From NCBI GenBank assembly GCA_963812015.1, contig CAWETI010000002.1, positions 384,001-448,000 of the forward strand: 64,000 nucleotides of DNA, given 5' to 3'. Within the stretch, counting starts at the first letter, position 1, and every line of letters starts with the position of its first letter. The notes below the pieces were generated by a model. That model ran no database searches. It was not told the DNA's origin and saw only the letters and a list, made by a program, of their open reading frames with translations. The DNA is from an uncultured delta proteobacterium. Its GTDB lineage: Bacteria; Desulfobacterota; Desulfobaccia; Desulfobaccales; 0-14-0-80-60-11. Shown piece by piece: positions 1-9,737 of this stretch. Made by a program: the position numbers and the translations under genes.

Positions 1-240
1 GCGCTCGGTAAGATCAATCTTGGTGCGCACGGTCATCAGGCGGGGGGCCTCCGGGTCGCCCACCAGACGCATGGCCTCCCGGGGCACCCCCAGGCCGCAC
101 TCCACTTCGGGACACACCGGGACAAATTCCACATAGTTCCCCAGGGTCTCGGTGATAAAGCGGTCCCACCGGTGGCCGCCGTCAAACCGGACCTTCTGAC
201 CCAGCAGGCAGGCGCTGATTCCCAGCCGAATCTTTTGCAT
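1..240 (-). CDS. DUF523/DUF1722 (YbbK/YbgA, thiouracil desulfurase-like) protein, 5' part; runs off the window
   Basis: Manual translation from the ATG at 240: MQKIRLGISACLLGQKVRFDGGHRWDRF...FVPVCPEVECGLGVPRE. The SACLLG and CPEV..GLG.PR motifs are characteristic of the family. Confidence 0.85.
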   Translation of the reverse strand, partial: MQKIRLGISACLLGQKVRFDGGHRWDRFITETLGNYVEFVPVCPEVECGLGVPREAMRLVGDPEAPRLMTVRTKIDLTER

Positions 241-389
241 CAGCCTCGCGCTCCTATTTTTTACTATACAATAGATTGGGGCAAAAGCCGAAGGAGTCGG
301 GGCCGGACCGCGACCCATGTCGTGGGGGCGAACTTCGACGGCGGCGCCACGTTGCAAGCGGTGGGGGCAATTTCTTTCTCGTGGGCATT

Positions 390-587
390 CCAGTGGAGCA
401 TTTCATAATTAGATGGACATAAATGCAAGCTGGGAGTACCGGACTTGGCAGGTTAAGTCCCCCTTTGAAAAAGGGGGATTAGGGGGATTTCAGGCTCTTA
501 TAAAAATCCCCCCTGCCCCCCTTTAGTAAAGGGGGGTAAAAAAACCTGGTTTTCCCGTGTCACCTTAATTATGAAACACACCCCTAG
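390..587. mobile_element. MITE-like element with imperfect terminal inverted repeats enclosing a G/C-run palindromic repeat
   Basis: Left end CCAGTGGAGCATTTCATAATTAGATGGACA (390-419) versus reverse complement of 558-587, CTAGGGGTGTGTTTCATAATTAAGGTGACA. Inner hairpins lie at 455-536. Confidence 0.5.
455..536. repeat. Dispersed REP-like palindromic repeat (CCCCCTTTGAAAAAGGGGG family)
   Basis: AAGTCCCCCTTTGAAAAAGGGGGATT...AATCCCCCCTGCCCCCCTTTAGTAAAGGGGGG. Related copies at 49885-49979 and 31910-31936. Confidence 0.8.
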
Positions 588-803
588 TCTCGCCAGGGAT
601 AAAACGCCCCGGGCCGTCCAGGTTAATCACGTCGGGCCAGCCCCGGTGGCCACTGGTAGAAAACTCACGCCATGATGATCCAGGTATGCACAATCAGCTA
701 AAATCGTGATAAAATGCAACAGATTGTGAAATTATTCTCTTGACCTGGGTGTTAAAACGGGGAAAAGTAGTTGTGCGTTCCTGTTGAGGATAATGAGGCA
801 GGT

Positions 804-1715
804 ATGGCTCAAGAGTTCTCCCACAAGCCGACGACAGAACCGTTGCTGACCGCCTGGATCAAGTGGACCATGGATTTTTGGGAAACCATGGCCCAGATGG
901 GTCCCGCTCCGGCTGGGTCGGGTCGGGTCGGCGGCCAGGCCTATGCCGCGGCCGCCGCCCCAAAAGATCCCTGGGGCTCGTCCTTGAAATTGTGGCAGAC
1001 ATTTTTTGCGCTGCTGACGGTGCCGGGAAGCATGGCCGCAGTTTTTCAAGGCATCAAGGCGCCTTCGGAGATTATCTTGAGGATGGCCCAGGCAGGCTGG
1101 GGCGGGTATTTCCATCTGCACCGGCAATGGCTGGAGGGCTGGCAGGGAGGGGGAACTTGGGCCGGTGAATCCGGTTATGAAACCCTGGATCAAGAAATCT
1201 TCAAAATCTGCCATGAAATTTATGAGGATAACTTTAGCCAGTTATTGGACCTGCCGCACCTGCGCCTGACCGGTCTGCCCCAGGAGCGCATCAACCGGGC
1301 CATGGATAAATTCAACCAATTTCAGGCCGCCATGGCCGAATTCATCTATCTGCTCTTCCGGCCGGTGAAAAAATCCCTGCGAGCCATGAGGGGAGTGGGG
1401 GGCGATGGCAGGGAGGAAAATCCCCCCGAAGATTTCAAGGAGTACTATAAGGGGTGGCTGAGAATCCTGGAGGGGCATTACATGACCCTCTTCCAGTCGG
1501 TGGAGTATACCCGGACCCTGAGCCAGACGCTCAACGCCCTGGAAGATTTCACCCTGGCCAAACAGGAACTGCTGGCCGATGCCCTGGAAGCCCTGTCCCT
1601 GCCCAGCCGCCGTGACCTGGATGAGCTGTACCGGGAGATGTACCTGCTGAAGAAACGTAACAAAGTGATGGCCAAAAAATTAGCCGAAATCGAGCCTTCC
1701 GGGGAGAAAGGTTGA
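804..1715 (+). CDS. phaE: Class III poly(3-hydroxyalkanoate) synthase subunit PhaE
   Basis: Directly upstream of phaC with a TGATG overlap. C-terminal LSLPSRRDLDELYREMYLLKK matches the PhaE coiled-coil motif. ATG at 804 follows GAGG. Confidence 0.8.
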   Translation: MAQEFSHKPTTEPLLTAWIKWTMDFWETMAQMGPAPAGSGRVGGQAYAAAAAPKDPWGSSLKLWQTFFALLTVPGSMAAVFQGIKAPSEIILRMAQAGWGGYFHLHRQWLEGWQGGGTWAGESGYETLDQEIFKICHEIYEDNFSQLLDLPHLRLTGLPQERINRAMDKFNQFQAAMAEFIYLLFRPVKKSLRAMRGVGGDGREENPPEDFKEYYKGWLRILEGHYMTLFQSVEYTRTLSQTLNALEDFTLAKQELLADALEALSLPSRRDLDELYREMYLLKKRNKVMAKKLAEIEPSGEKG

Positions 1716-2791
1716 TGGATCGACCCAAAATCCCGGTTGACCTGATCCTGGCCAAGCTGGCGGCGGACGCCGAAGCGGCCAGGCATCGCCTGGAAAAGGC
1801 CCGGGATATTTTCCTGGGGCCCCTGGCCACGGACATTGGGACCACCCCCTATGAACTGGTCTATCAGGAAGACCGGGTCAGGCTCAAATATTACCGGCCG
1901 GACACGGCCCGCCTGAAAACTCCGCTGCTCCTGGTGCCTTCCCTGTTCAACCGGGAAACCTTGCTGGACCTCCAACCGGATCGGAGCATCGTGCAAAATC
2001 TCCTCAAGGAAGGAGTGGAGGTCTATCTGATTGATTGGGGCTCGCCGACCCGTATGGACCAGTTTTTCAGCCTGGATGACCATATTAACGGCTATGTGGA
2101 TAACATCGTGGATTTCATCCGGCGTCGCCAGGGGATTCCCCGGGTCAATCTCATGGGGGTGTGCCTGGGGGGGACCTTTGCGGTCATCTATGCGGCCCTC
2201 CACCCGGGCAAGGTCCGGAACTTGATCACCACCGTGGCGCCCATCCACTTTGATACCCCCAAGGGCTTGTTGCACATCTGGCTGAAGGAGATTGACGTCG
2301 ACCGCCTGGTGGACACCTTTGGCAACCTGCCCGGCAACCTGGTGAACGTGGCCTTCCTGCTCCTGAATCCGCCCCGGCTCCTTTTGGATAAGTATCTTGG
2401 TTTTCTTGAGAATATGGATAACAAGGATTTTGTCGAAAATTTTATCCGCATGGAGAAATGGATTTTCAACAGCCCGGATGTGCCGGGGGAGACCTTGCGG
2501 CAGTTGATCAAAGACCTCTATCAGGAGAACCGGCTGGTGCAAGGCGAGATGGAGTTGGGGGGCCGCCGGGTGGACCTTGGGCAGGTCACTATGCCGCTCT
2601 TAAATATCTATGGTCAGTTTGACCACCTGGTGCCCCCGGAGGCCTGCGAAGTTTTGACGAAAAAGGCGGGGAGCCGGGACACCGAGGACATTTGTCTGGA
2701 CACGGGACATATCGGCATTTATGTCAGTTCCCGGTTCCAGAAGGAGATCGTTCCCAAGATTGCTGCCTGGCTTCTGGCCCGGGAAGATTGA
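1715..2791 (+). CDS. phaC: Class III PHA synthase subunit PhaC
   Basis: About 358 aa; GTTP motif, LDLQPDRS, lipase box GVCLGG, DHLVPP (catalytic Asp) and TGHIG (catalytic His). Confidence 0.93.
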   Translation: MDRPKIPVDLILAKLAADAEAARHRLEKARDIFLGPLATDIGTTPYELVYQEDRVRLKYYRPDTARLKTPLLLVPSLFNRETLLDLQPDRSIVQNLLKEGVEVYLIDWGSPTRMDQFFSLDDHINGYVDNIVDFIRRRQGIPRVNLMGVCLGGTFAVIYAALHPGKVRNLITTVAPIHFDTPKGLLHIWLKEIDVDRLVDTFGNLPGNLVNVAFLLLNPPRLLLDKYLGFLENMDNKDFVENFIRMEKWIFNSPDVPGETLRQLIKDLYQENRLVQGEMELGGRRVDLGQVTMPLLNIYGQFDHLVPPEACEVLTKKAGSRDTEDICLDTGHIGIYVSSRFQKEIVPKIAAWLLARED

Positions 2792-2855
2792 GTTCCACCG
2801 GGCCAGGCCCGAAACCGGTCAGCGCCATCCAATAACTCGAGCAGAGAGTGCTTCA

Positions 2856-3908
2856 ATGCCCGTAAGAATCGATTATTTTAAAAAGTTGAGCGAGCTCTGT
2901 CAGGCCTTTGGCACCGCCCGCAACCGCCGGGATCTCCTGGAGATGATCTTTGCCAGCGCCATGGATATCCTGGGGGGCAAGGCCGCGTGCCTCTACCTGA
3001 TGGATGCAGGTAAAACCGAGCTGATGCCGGTGGCCCAGAAGGGCTTGTCCGAGAGCTATTTCCGTTCCCGGAAATCCATCCTGGCCCAAAAGATCTTGCC
3101 CCTGGTTTTGAAGAAAGGCTTTTTTTATTGCCGGGAGGCGGCGGCGGACCCCAAACTGGAGTATCCCGATGCCAAGCAGGCCGAAGGCATCGTCTCTATC
3201 CTGGCGGTGCCGGTGAAGGTCAAAGGCAGAAACATCGGGGTATTTTGCCTGTTTACCGACACACCCCGAGCTTTTTCCCCCGAGGAGAAAGAATTCTTAT
3301 TGCTCTTGGCGCAACACGGGGGCGGGGTCATGGAGCATGCCCGTCTCATCGACCACCTCCACCGGGAGACCCAGCTCTTTTTCGACCTGGCCGTCAATCT
3401 CAGCGGCAGCCTGGAAGTTAAGGATATCTTGCGCACCATGACCGCGGACCTGGCCAAGGCCCTCAAGGTGAAGGGCGTCAGCCTCCGCCTCTTGAGTGAG
3501 AGTGCAGAAACCCTGGAATTGGTGGCATCCCATGGCTTGAGTAAGAAATTCCTGCAAAAGGGGCCGGTGTCCGCCCAAAAAAGCATCGCCCAGGCCCTGA
3601 AGACCGAAAAGCCGGTGATCATTGTCAATGCCGCCACCGACCGCCGGGTGCAATACCGGGACATGTGCAAAGAAGAAGGGATTGTCACTATTTTAGCGGT
3701 GCCCATCAAGACCAAGGAGAAGGTAATCGGGGTGCTGCGGCTTTACAGCAAGGTGCTGCGCCATTTCACCCCTCAGGACATCAAACTGGTGACCGCCCTG
3801 GCGTATCTAGGCGGGTTGGCCATCCAGAATGCCTCCTTGTACCTGATGTGCCAGAACGACATGCAGGACCTGCAAGCGGAGTTGTGGAGCCATCGGTCCT
3901 GGTTTTAA
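2856..3908 (+). CDS. Tandem GAF-domain protein with no output domain
   Basis: Two repeats of GLS..Y/F...EGIVSILAVP...IGV..L....R.F. Probable ATG at 2856. Confidence 0.8.
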   Translation: MPVRIDYFKKLSELCQAFGTARNRRDLLEMIFASAMDILGGKAACLYLMDAGKTELMPVAQKGLSESYFRSRKSILAQKILPLVLKKGFFYCREAAADPKLEYPDAKQAEGIVSILAVPVKVKGRNIGVFCLFTDTPRAFSPEEKEFLLLLAQHGGGVMEHARLIDHLHRETQLFFDLAVNLSGSLEVKDILRTMTADLAKALKVKGVSLRLLSESAETLELVASHGLSKKFLQKGPVSAQKSIAQALKTEKPVIIVNAATDRRVQYRDMCKEEGIVTILAVPIKTKEKVIGVLRLYSKVLRHFTPQDIKLVTALAYLGGLAIQNASLYLMCQNDMQDLQAELWSHRSWF

Positions 3909-4136
3909 ACCGGATCAGGCTGGCAGGGAGATTGCTGGCCGGGGCGGGCCGCGCCGGGTCTTATCGGCTGGCGGCCGTTTGGCCGTCAAGGGCCGGCCGG
4001 CCCTCAGTTCCCCGAGGCTCGAAAACTAGATGAGCTGGCCACTTGGGTCTGAATGGCTCATGGCGGCCAAGCCATGAGCCCAGCGTATGTTCACCCCTCC
4101 ACGACGGGCCCAGGAATTGGCCAACCCACCGGGAAC

Positions 4137-4793
4137 TTAATCAATGTGCTCGTGGATGTAATAGAGTACCTTAAACTTGCTCTCCAGTTCTTTCCGGAGG
4201 GTTTTTTCATCCTTTACCTCTTTGGTCCGGATAAATACTCGCCTGAAGCCCTCCGGGGCTCCTTCATATCCCGTTAAGATACTGGCGATCCGGCCGCCGT
4301 GGGCCCGGATCACATCGGTGACATTTTTAATCGACCCCGGCTGGTCTGCCAATTCAACGCCCATGGCCAGGGCTCCTTGATAAATCCCCGAGATGGAGAC
4401 AAAAGCCCGAAATATGTCGCCCTTGGTGAGAATTCCGGCTAAGGCGCCGTGCGGGTCCACCACCGGCAAGGCCGAGATATGGTGTTTGAGCATGACGGCC
4501 GCGGCTTTTTCCACGGTGTCTCCGGGGGCGATCGTATGGAGCTGTTTCGGCATCAGGCTTTTGACCGACACCTTGTCCAGCAGATAGTACATTTCGTGGA
4601 TATCCAGAGTGGTGGCCTTGGAAGGCGTGGCCTCTTTCAGGTCCCGGTCAGACACGATGCCCACGAGGCGTCCCTTTTTCAGAACCGGCAAGTGTTGAAT
4701 ATCATTTTGCTTCATCACCTTGGAGGCCTTCATAATGGAAGTATTCTCGTCAACGGTGATCAAATCTTTGCTCATCCAATCCTGCACCGGCAT
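4137..4793 (-). CDS. CBS-pair plus ACT domain protein (AcuB-like)
   Basis: VQDWMSKDLITV, HLPV..GRLVGIVSDRDL, second CBS SALPVV..GILTKGDI, and C-terminal ACT-like DQPGSI..V.DVIRAHGGRIASI. Confidence 0.85.
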   Translation of the reverse strand: MPVQDWMSKDLITVDENTSIMKASKVMKQNDIQHLPVLKKGRLVGIVSDRDLKEATPSKATTLDIHEMYYLLDKVSVKSLMPKQLHTIAPGDTVEKAAAVMLKHHISALPVVDPHGALAGILTKGDIFRAFVSISGIYQGALAMGVELADQPGSIKNVTDVIRAHGGRIASILTGYEGAPEGFRRVFIRTKEVKDEKTLRKELESKFKVLYYIHEHID

Positions 4794-4812
4794 GACCAAC
4801 CTCCTCTTCTGA

Positions 4813-4882
4813 GTTCAAGGTTCAAAGTTAAAAGTTAAAGGTTTTTTCTTGAACCTTGAACCTTGAACTTTGAACTTTGAAC
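4813..4882. repeat. Inverted pair of heptamer tandem arrays
   Basis: (GTTCAAG/GTTCAAA/GTTAAAA/GTTAAAG) at 4813-4840 faces (CTTGAAC)x3(TTTGAAC)x2 at 4848-4882. Confidence 0.85.
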
Positions 4883-5592
4883 TAAATGCCCAGATAGGTG
4901 CGGCGCACCTCGTCGTTTTTGCTGAGTTCCCGGGCCGGGCCTTCCAGGTGAACCTTGCCTTCGGCCAGGACGTAGGCATAATCGCTCACCGCCAGGGCCA
5001 TGGTGACATTTTGCTCCACCAGGAGCATGGTCAGGCCGGTTTTTTTGAGGCGAGACAGGGCCTCAAACAGGGTGAGGGCCAGCAAGGGGGAGAGCCCCAG
5101 GGAAAGCTCATCCAGCATCAGCACTTCCGGCTCGGCCATCAAGCCCCGACCCACGGCCACCATTTGCTGTTCTCCGCCGCTCAAGGTGCCGGCCTTCTGG
5201 CGGGTCCGTTCTTTGAGGCGGGGAAAGAGTTCGTAGACCTTTTCCAGGTTTTGATTAAAGGTGGCCCGGGCCCGGGGGGAGAAGGCCCCCATTTCCAGGT
5301 TTTCATAAATGGTCATTTCGGTGAACAGTTGGCGGCCTTCGGGCACCAGGACCATGCCGGCCTTGGCCCGGGCATGGGCGGACAGGTTGGTGACGTCTTC
5401 CCCCTGGAAGGATACCGACCCATCGATGGGCCGCATCAGCCCCATCACGGTTTTGAGTAAGGTGGTCTTGCCCACACCGTTGGAGCCCACCAGGGTGGTG
5501 AGTTTGCCCGGTTCCAGCTTGAGGTTGACCCCCCAGAGGATCTGGACGCCTTCGTAGCCCGAGGTAATGTTGTTAACTTCTAATATAGCCAT
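4882..5592 (-). CDS. livF: Branched-chain amino acid ABC transporter ATP-binding protein
   Basis: Walker A GSNGVGKTT, VPEGRQLF, signature LSGGEQQM, LLVEQN. Confidence 0.9.
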   Translation of the reverse strand: MAILEVNNITSGYEGVQILWGVNLKLEPGKLTTLVGSNGVGKTTLLKTVMGLMRPIDGSVSFQGEDVTNLSAHARAKAGMVLVPEGRQLFTEMTIYENLEMGAFSPRARATFNQNLEKVYELFPRLKERTRQKAGTLSGGEQQMVAVGRGLMAEPEVLMLDELSLGLSPLLALTLFEALSRLKKTGLTMLLVEQNVTMALAVSDYAYVLAEGKVHLEGPARELSKNDEVRRTYLGI

Positions 5593-5597
5593 GGAAT

Positions 5598-6350
5598 CTA
5601 CTCCGCCAACAGTTGCGCCGTTATTTTGGGATCGCCCAGATAGGCCTCGATTACCAAAGGATTGTTGGCCACAGCTTCGGGCGCACCGGTGGCGATCAAG
5701 GTGCCGTAATCCAGGACCAGGAGCTGATCGGAAATGGACATGATCGCCTGCATGACGTGCTCGATCATGAGGATGGTGATCCCTTCATCCCGGATGCCCC
5801 GGACCGTTTCCATCATGGCGGCAATCTCCGAAGGGTTGAGGCCGGCCAGAACTTCATCCAGCAGGATCAAATAGGGTTTGGCGGCCAGGGCCCGGGCCAT
5901 CTCCAGGCGCTTTTTCTGGGCCACGTTGAGGCTCCCCGCCGGCTGGTCGGCCCGGTCGATCAGGCCCACCTGGGTCAAGGCGCCATCGGCCAGGCGGGCT
6001 GAGGCGCGCAGACCGTGCCGTTCCCGGCCGAAACAGGCTCCCACCATAACGTTTTCCCGGACCGTGAGATCGGTGAGGGGGCGCACCACCTGGTGGGCCC
6101 GAGCCATGCCCCGCCGGGCCACCTCATAGGAGGGCAGGCGGGTGATATCCTCGCCCCGGAAGATTACCTGGCCGCGCTCCGGAGTATAGACCCCATTGAT
6201 GACGTTAAACAGGGTAGTTTTGCCGGCGCCGTTGGGTCCGATGAGGCCCAAGATCTGCCCTTCCGGTAGATCAAAGGTGACATCGGTCAGGGCCTGGAGG
6301 CCGCCGAACCTTTTGGAGACTTCCTTGACCTGCAGCATGGCGGCACTCAT
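5598..6350 (-). CDS. livG: Branched-chain amino acid ABC transporter ATP-binding protein
   Basis: KRFGGLQAL, GPNGAGKTT, C-terminal VIEAYLG. Confidence 0.9.
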   Translation of the reverse strand: MSAAMLQVKEVSKRFGGLQALTDVTFDLPEGQILGLIGPNGAGKTTLFNVINGVYTPERGQVIFRGEDITRLPSYEVARRGMARAHQVVRPLTDLTVRENVMVGACFGRERHGLRASARLADGALTQVGLIDRADQPAGSLNVAQKKRLEMARALAAKPYLILLDEVLAGLNPSEIAAMMETVRGIRDEGITILMIEHVMQAIMSISDQLLVLDYGTLIATGAPEAVANNPLVIEAYLGDPKITAQLLAE

Positions 6351-7315
6351 TCCAGCACCCTCCGGAGGCGCGGGAAGCGCTCCCGCAGCCAGCCCACCGC
6401 CCCTCCCGGCACAAAGAGCACGATGACCAAAAGGATGCCCCCGGACAGGGCCAGGTGGAGGTTCTTGAAGAGCGGGCTGACCAACAGGTAACCCCGCAGC
6501 CGTTCATAGGCGAAGGCTCCCACAACGGGCCCCAGCACCAGACCTTTGCCCCCCAGCATCACCATCACCAGGATTTCTAAAGACATCTGAAAGCGGAAGG
6601 CATCCTCCGGTTCCACGTTACCGTTTTTGAAGAAGTATAACGTCCCGACCAAACCGGGAAAAAACGCCGACAGGGCAAAAGCCTTGGTTTTATCCCAGGG
6701 GGCTTTCACCCCCATCACCATGGCGGCGTCCTCGTCCTCCCGGATGGCGATCAGACCCAGGCCGAAGCGGGAATGTTTCACCAGGTAGCTGACCACCACG
6801 GTACCAATGGCAACGAGCCAGAGGAGGGTGAAAATCCACCACAAGGCCGGGCCGGCGCCGCCATACTTATCGTAAGCCGAAAAATTGACATACAATCCGG
6901 TGGAGCCGCCGAAGGGCTCGAAATTGGCCACAAAGGCCCGGGCCGCCTCATTAATGCCGATGGTGGCCAGGGCGAAGTAAGCGCCCCTAAGCCGCAGCAC
7001 CGCGCTCCCGATGGCAATGGCCACAACGACCGACAGGCACCCCCCACCCAACATGGACAGGTACAGCGGCCACCCCTGTTCGCTGAGCAGATAAAAACCG
7101 AAATACCCGCCCAGGCCGAAAAAGACGATGTGGCCGAAATTTACATAGCCGGTGTAACCCATGATGATGTTGAGGCTGGAGGCCAGAGCCACAAACATGA
7201 GCACCGTGAAGGCGGTCTCTCGCAGGGTGTCCTGACGGATGATGAGGACAATGGCCCCGCCCACGGTGACTAAAAGAATATTCAGCCAGAAGCCTGGTTG
7301 TCGCCAGAAGTTCAT
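6347..7315 (-). CDS. livM: Branched-chain amino acid ABC transporter permease
   Basis: GYTGYVNFGH, LRLRGAYFALATI, AIREDEDAA..MGV; multiple TM segments. Confidence 0.88.
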   Translation of the reverse strand: MNFWRQPGFWLNILLVTVGGAIVLIIRQDTLRETAFTVLMFVALASSLNIIMGYTGYVNFGHIVFFGLGGYFGFYLLSEQGWPLYLSMLGGGCLSVVVAIAIGSAVLRLRGAYFALATIGINEAARAFVANFEPFGGSTGLYVNFSAYDKYGGAGPALWWIFTLLWLVAIGTVVVSYLVKHSRFGLGLIAIREDEDAAMVMGVKAPWDKTKAFALSAFFPGLVGTLYFFKNGNVEPEDAFRFQMSLEILVMVMLGGKGLVLGPVVGAFAYERLRGYLLVSPLFKNLHLALSGGILLVIVLFVPGGAVGWLRERFPRLRRVLE

Positions 7316-8173
7316 TTACTTGGCTCCCATAATCCCGGTGGGCCGGACCACCAAGACCAGGACGAAGAGGCCAAATTCCACCACCGGCACCCAACTGACC
7401 GGCATAAAGATGGGCACGATGCCCTCCAGACCGCCCAAGATCAGCCCACCGAAGAGGGCCCCTAGGGGATTGCCCAAGCCGCCCAGGACGCAGATGACGA
7501 AGGACTTCAACTGGTAAGTGCTGCCGCTCAAGATGGTAAAGGGGAAAAAGGTGGAGGTCAAACCGCCGGCCACTGCCGCGAGCATGGTCCCCAAACCAAA
7601 GGTCAGGGCCAGGATCTTGGCGGAGGGGATGCCCATCAACTCCGCCGCGGCCCGATTATCGGAGACGGCGCGAATGGCCTTGCCCGGCCGGGTAAAATAG
7701 AGAAACAGGTAAAGGGCTCCCGTCATGACCAGAGAGGCCGCGGCCGCCAACAGTCGAGTCCCTTGCAGGATTATGGGCCCCAAAACAATGGAACCCAAAG
7801 AAAAATCTACATTTTGAGGCGAAGTGCTGAATACCGTGGTCCCGATGCCGATAATGATCATATTGACGGCAAAGGTGCCTAATAAGGTATACAGGTAGCC
7901 GGCCTGGATGACCCGAGCCAGCGACACGATATAAACGATGACCCCAAAAATCAGGGCCATGACCACCAGCAGCAGCAACCCGATATAGGGGTTAACTCTC
8001 GCACCGGTAAAGAGGAGGTAGATGGTAAACATCCCCAGGGCCATGGTGGCGCCATGGGCCAGGTTGATCACCCGCATTACTCCCCAGATTAACGACAGAC
8101 CCATGGCGGCGATGCCGTAGACAAAGCCGATGAGCAAACCATCCACAACCGAAGCTGTTATCTGTCCAAACAC
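7316..8173 (-). CDS. livH: Branched-chain amino acid ABC transporter permease
   Basis: GLSLIWGVMRVINLAHG, GKAIRAVSDNRAAAELMGI, VLGGLGN. Confidence 0.88.
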   Translation of the reverse strand: MFGQITASVVDGLLIGFVYGIAAMGLSLIWGVMRVINLAHGATMALGMFTIYLLFTGARVNPYIGLLLLVVMALIFGVIVYIVSLARVIQAGYLYTLLGTFAVNMIIIGIGTTVFSTSPQNVDFSLGSIVLGPIILQGTRLLAAAASLVMTGALYLFLYFTRPGKAIRAVSDNRAAAELMGIPSAKILALTFGLGTMLAAVAGGLTSTFFPFTILSGSTYQLKSFVICVLGGLGNPLGALFGGLILGGLEGIVPIFMPVSWVPVVEFGLFVLVLVVRPTGIMGAK

Positions 8174-8193
8174 GATGAATTCCTTTCCCAGGG

Positions 8194-8231
8194 CTGCCCT
8201 GCCACTATCGGGCTTGATAATGGCAGGGCAG
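8194..8231. other. Intercistronic stem-loop between the binding-protein and permease genes
   Basis: CTGCCCTGCCACTATC / GATAATGGCAGGGCAG form a stem with 15 of 16 bases paired. Confidence 0.65.
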
Positions 8232-8243
8232 GCAGGCTAAGGG

Positions 8244-9509
8244 CTAGCGGGCCGGAAGGAGGAAAGGCGACCCGGTTGCTGCGGCCGGCGGCCAAACGGC
8301 TACTTTTTCCGGTTTGCCTTGCTTATCCTTCTGCCATTGGATGTAGATCATTTCGTGGCCTTCCTGGAGGCCGTGAAGTTTGCCGGTGTTGAACTTGATG
8401 CGGCCATAGAAGGTATACATATCTTCCTTATCAATGGCGGCCTTGACTTTCTCCGTGTCGGTGGAGCCGGCGCTCTCGATGGCTTTCTGCAGGATCAAGC
8501 CGGCGGCATAGCCTCCGGCGCTGTGGTAGGACGGTTCTTCCTTCCCGTATTTAGCCTCATACAGCTTGAGGAATTCCGGGACGGTGGGGCCGAACCACTC
8601 GATATTCTCCGCCTTGGCGGCCTCAGGGGTGTACTTGGCCATAGGTTCCCACTGGCTGGAGCCGATCACCCCAATACAGGCTTCTCCCAATTCGGCAAAC
8701 TTGGGCTCCGGCGGGGCCACCAGCAAGGCGATCATCTTGGTGGGGACCTTTTTCTCATAGAGCTGCCGGGCAAAGGTGGTGGTGTCGGCAAAGTGGCCGC
8801 CGCCCATCACCGCGTCGCCCCCGGCGGGAATCTTGTTGATGAAGGGGGCGAAGTCGGTGGTGCCGCTGTCATAACCTTCAAACAGCGGTACCTGCATGCC
8901 TTTACCTTCCGCATATTTCTTCAGGCCATTCACCACGTCGGTGGAGAACTTGTCGTTCTCATGGATGATGGCCATCTTTTTGGCCTTGGGGTCGAGCTTG
9001 AGCAAAAGATCCACGGCGCCGGTCAGGTAGCGGCTGGCGGGGGTATAGGTCATGTAGACCAAAGTGTAGCCTTTTTTATAGGTGGAATCGGAGGATGCCC
9101 CCGTGGCTATCATAATTTTCTTATACTGTTGGGCGATGACCGCGGCCGCATCGGCCAGACCGCTGCTGTAGGGGCTGATCAGGAAGTCGGACTTGTCGGT
9201 GCTGATGAGCCGGGTATAGAGTTCCTGCACCCGGTCCTTATTGCTCTCATCATCATAATACTTGGTCTCCACCTTGATTTTGGAGCCGTCGGGCATCTTG
9301 ATGCCCCCGGCCTTGTTGACCTGCTCGACCCATAAGTTCAAGCCGTTGATCTGGCGGGTGGCTTCTACATTGAGCTTACCGGTCTTGGAGGCGGTAAAGC
9401 CGATGAGGATGGTTTTATCTGCGGCGGTGGCAGGGTTTGGTGCGGTTGTGGTTCCCAGTACTAAGCCCAAGGCAACTATGCAGGCAACGAATACCAGCGA
9501 CCGTTTCAT
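8244..9509 (-). CDS. Amino-acid ABC transporter substrate-binding protein (LivJ/K family)
   Basis: Signal peptide, N..GGI, YYDDES, SPYSSGL; first gene of the liv operon. Confidence 0.88.
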   Translation of the reverse strand: MKRSLVFVACIVALGLVLGTTTAPNPATAADKTILIGFTASKTGKLNVEATRQINGLNLWVEQVNKAGGIKMPDGSKIKVETKYYDDESNKDRVQELYTRLISTDKSDFLISPYSSGLADAAAVIAQQYKKIMIATGASSDSTYKKGYTLVYMTYTPASRYLTGAVDLLLKLDPKAKKMAIIHENDKFSTDVVNGLKKYAEGKGMQVPLFEGYDSGTTDFAPFINKIPAGGDAVMGGGHFADTTTFARQLYEKKVPTKMIALLVAPPEPKFAELGEACIGVIGSSQWEPMAKYTPEAAKAENIEWFGPTVPEFLKLYEAKYGKEEPSYHSAGGYAAGLILQKAIESAGSTDTEKVKAAIDKEDMYTFYGRIKFNTGKLHGLQEGHEMIYIQWQKDKQGKPEKVAVWPPAAATGSPFLLPAR

Positions 9510-9737
9510 ATTCCCTCCTTATTTATGAGTGTTGACTGGTTAACCTCCGTCCAGTAAGGCTGCGGAATTGTCCGGCCAAAACCCCGCTCTATCTTTAAGT
9601 CATTAAGTCATTTGTATATACCCCATTGATGGAATTTTTATCAAGAGAAACTTGCCCAAAATTATGGTTAGAGGGCCAATCCATGGAGCCGGGACTTGCA
9701 TGAGAGGGGCTGATGCCCCCGGCCGCGGCAAACCGGC

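Noticed and set aside
455..536. Possible CRISPR repeat
   Set aside because: There is no regular repeat-spacer array and no cas gene; the copies are dispersed.
8319..9335. Long antisense ORFs, e.g. 8319-9335, 11094-12359, 15123-16274, 32799-34127, 35402-36385 and 1478-2542
   Set aside because: They are shadow frames opposite well-supported genes in GC-rich DNA and carry no motifs.
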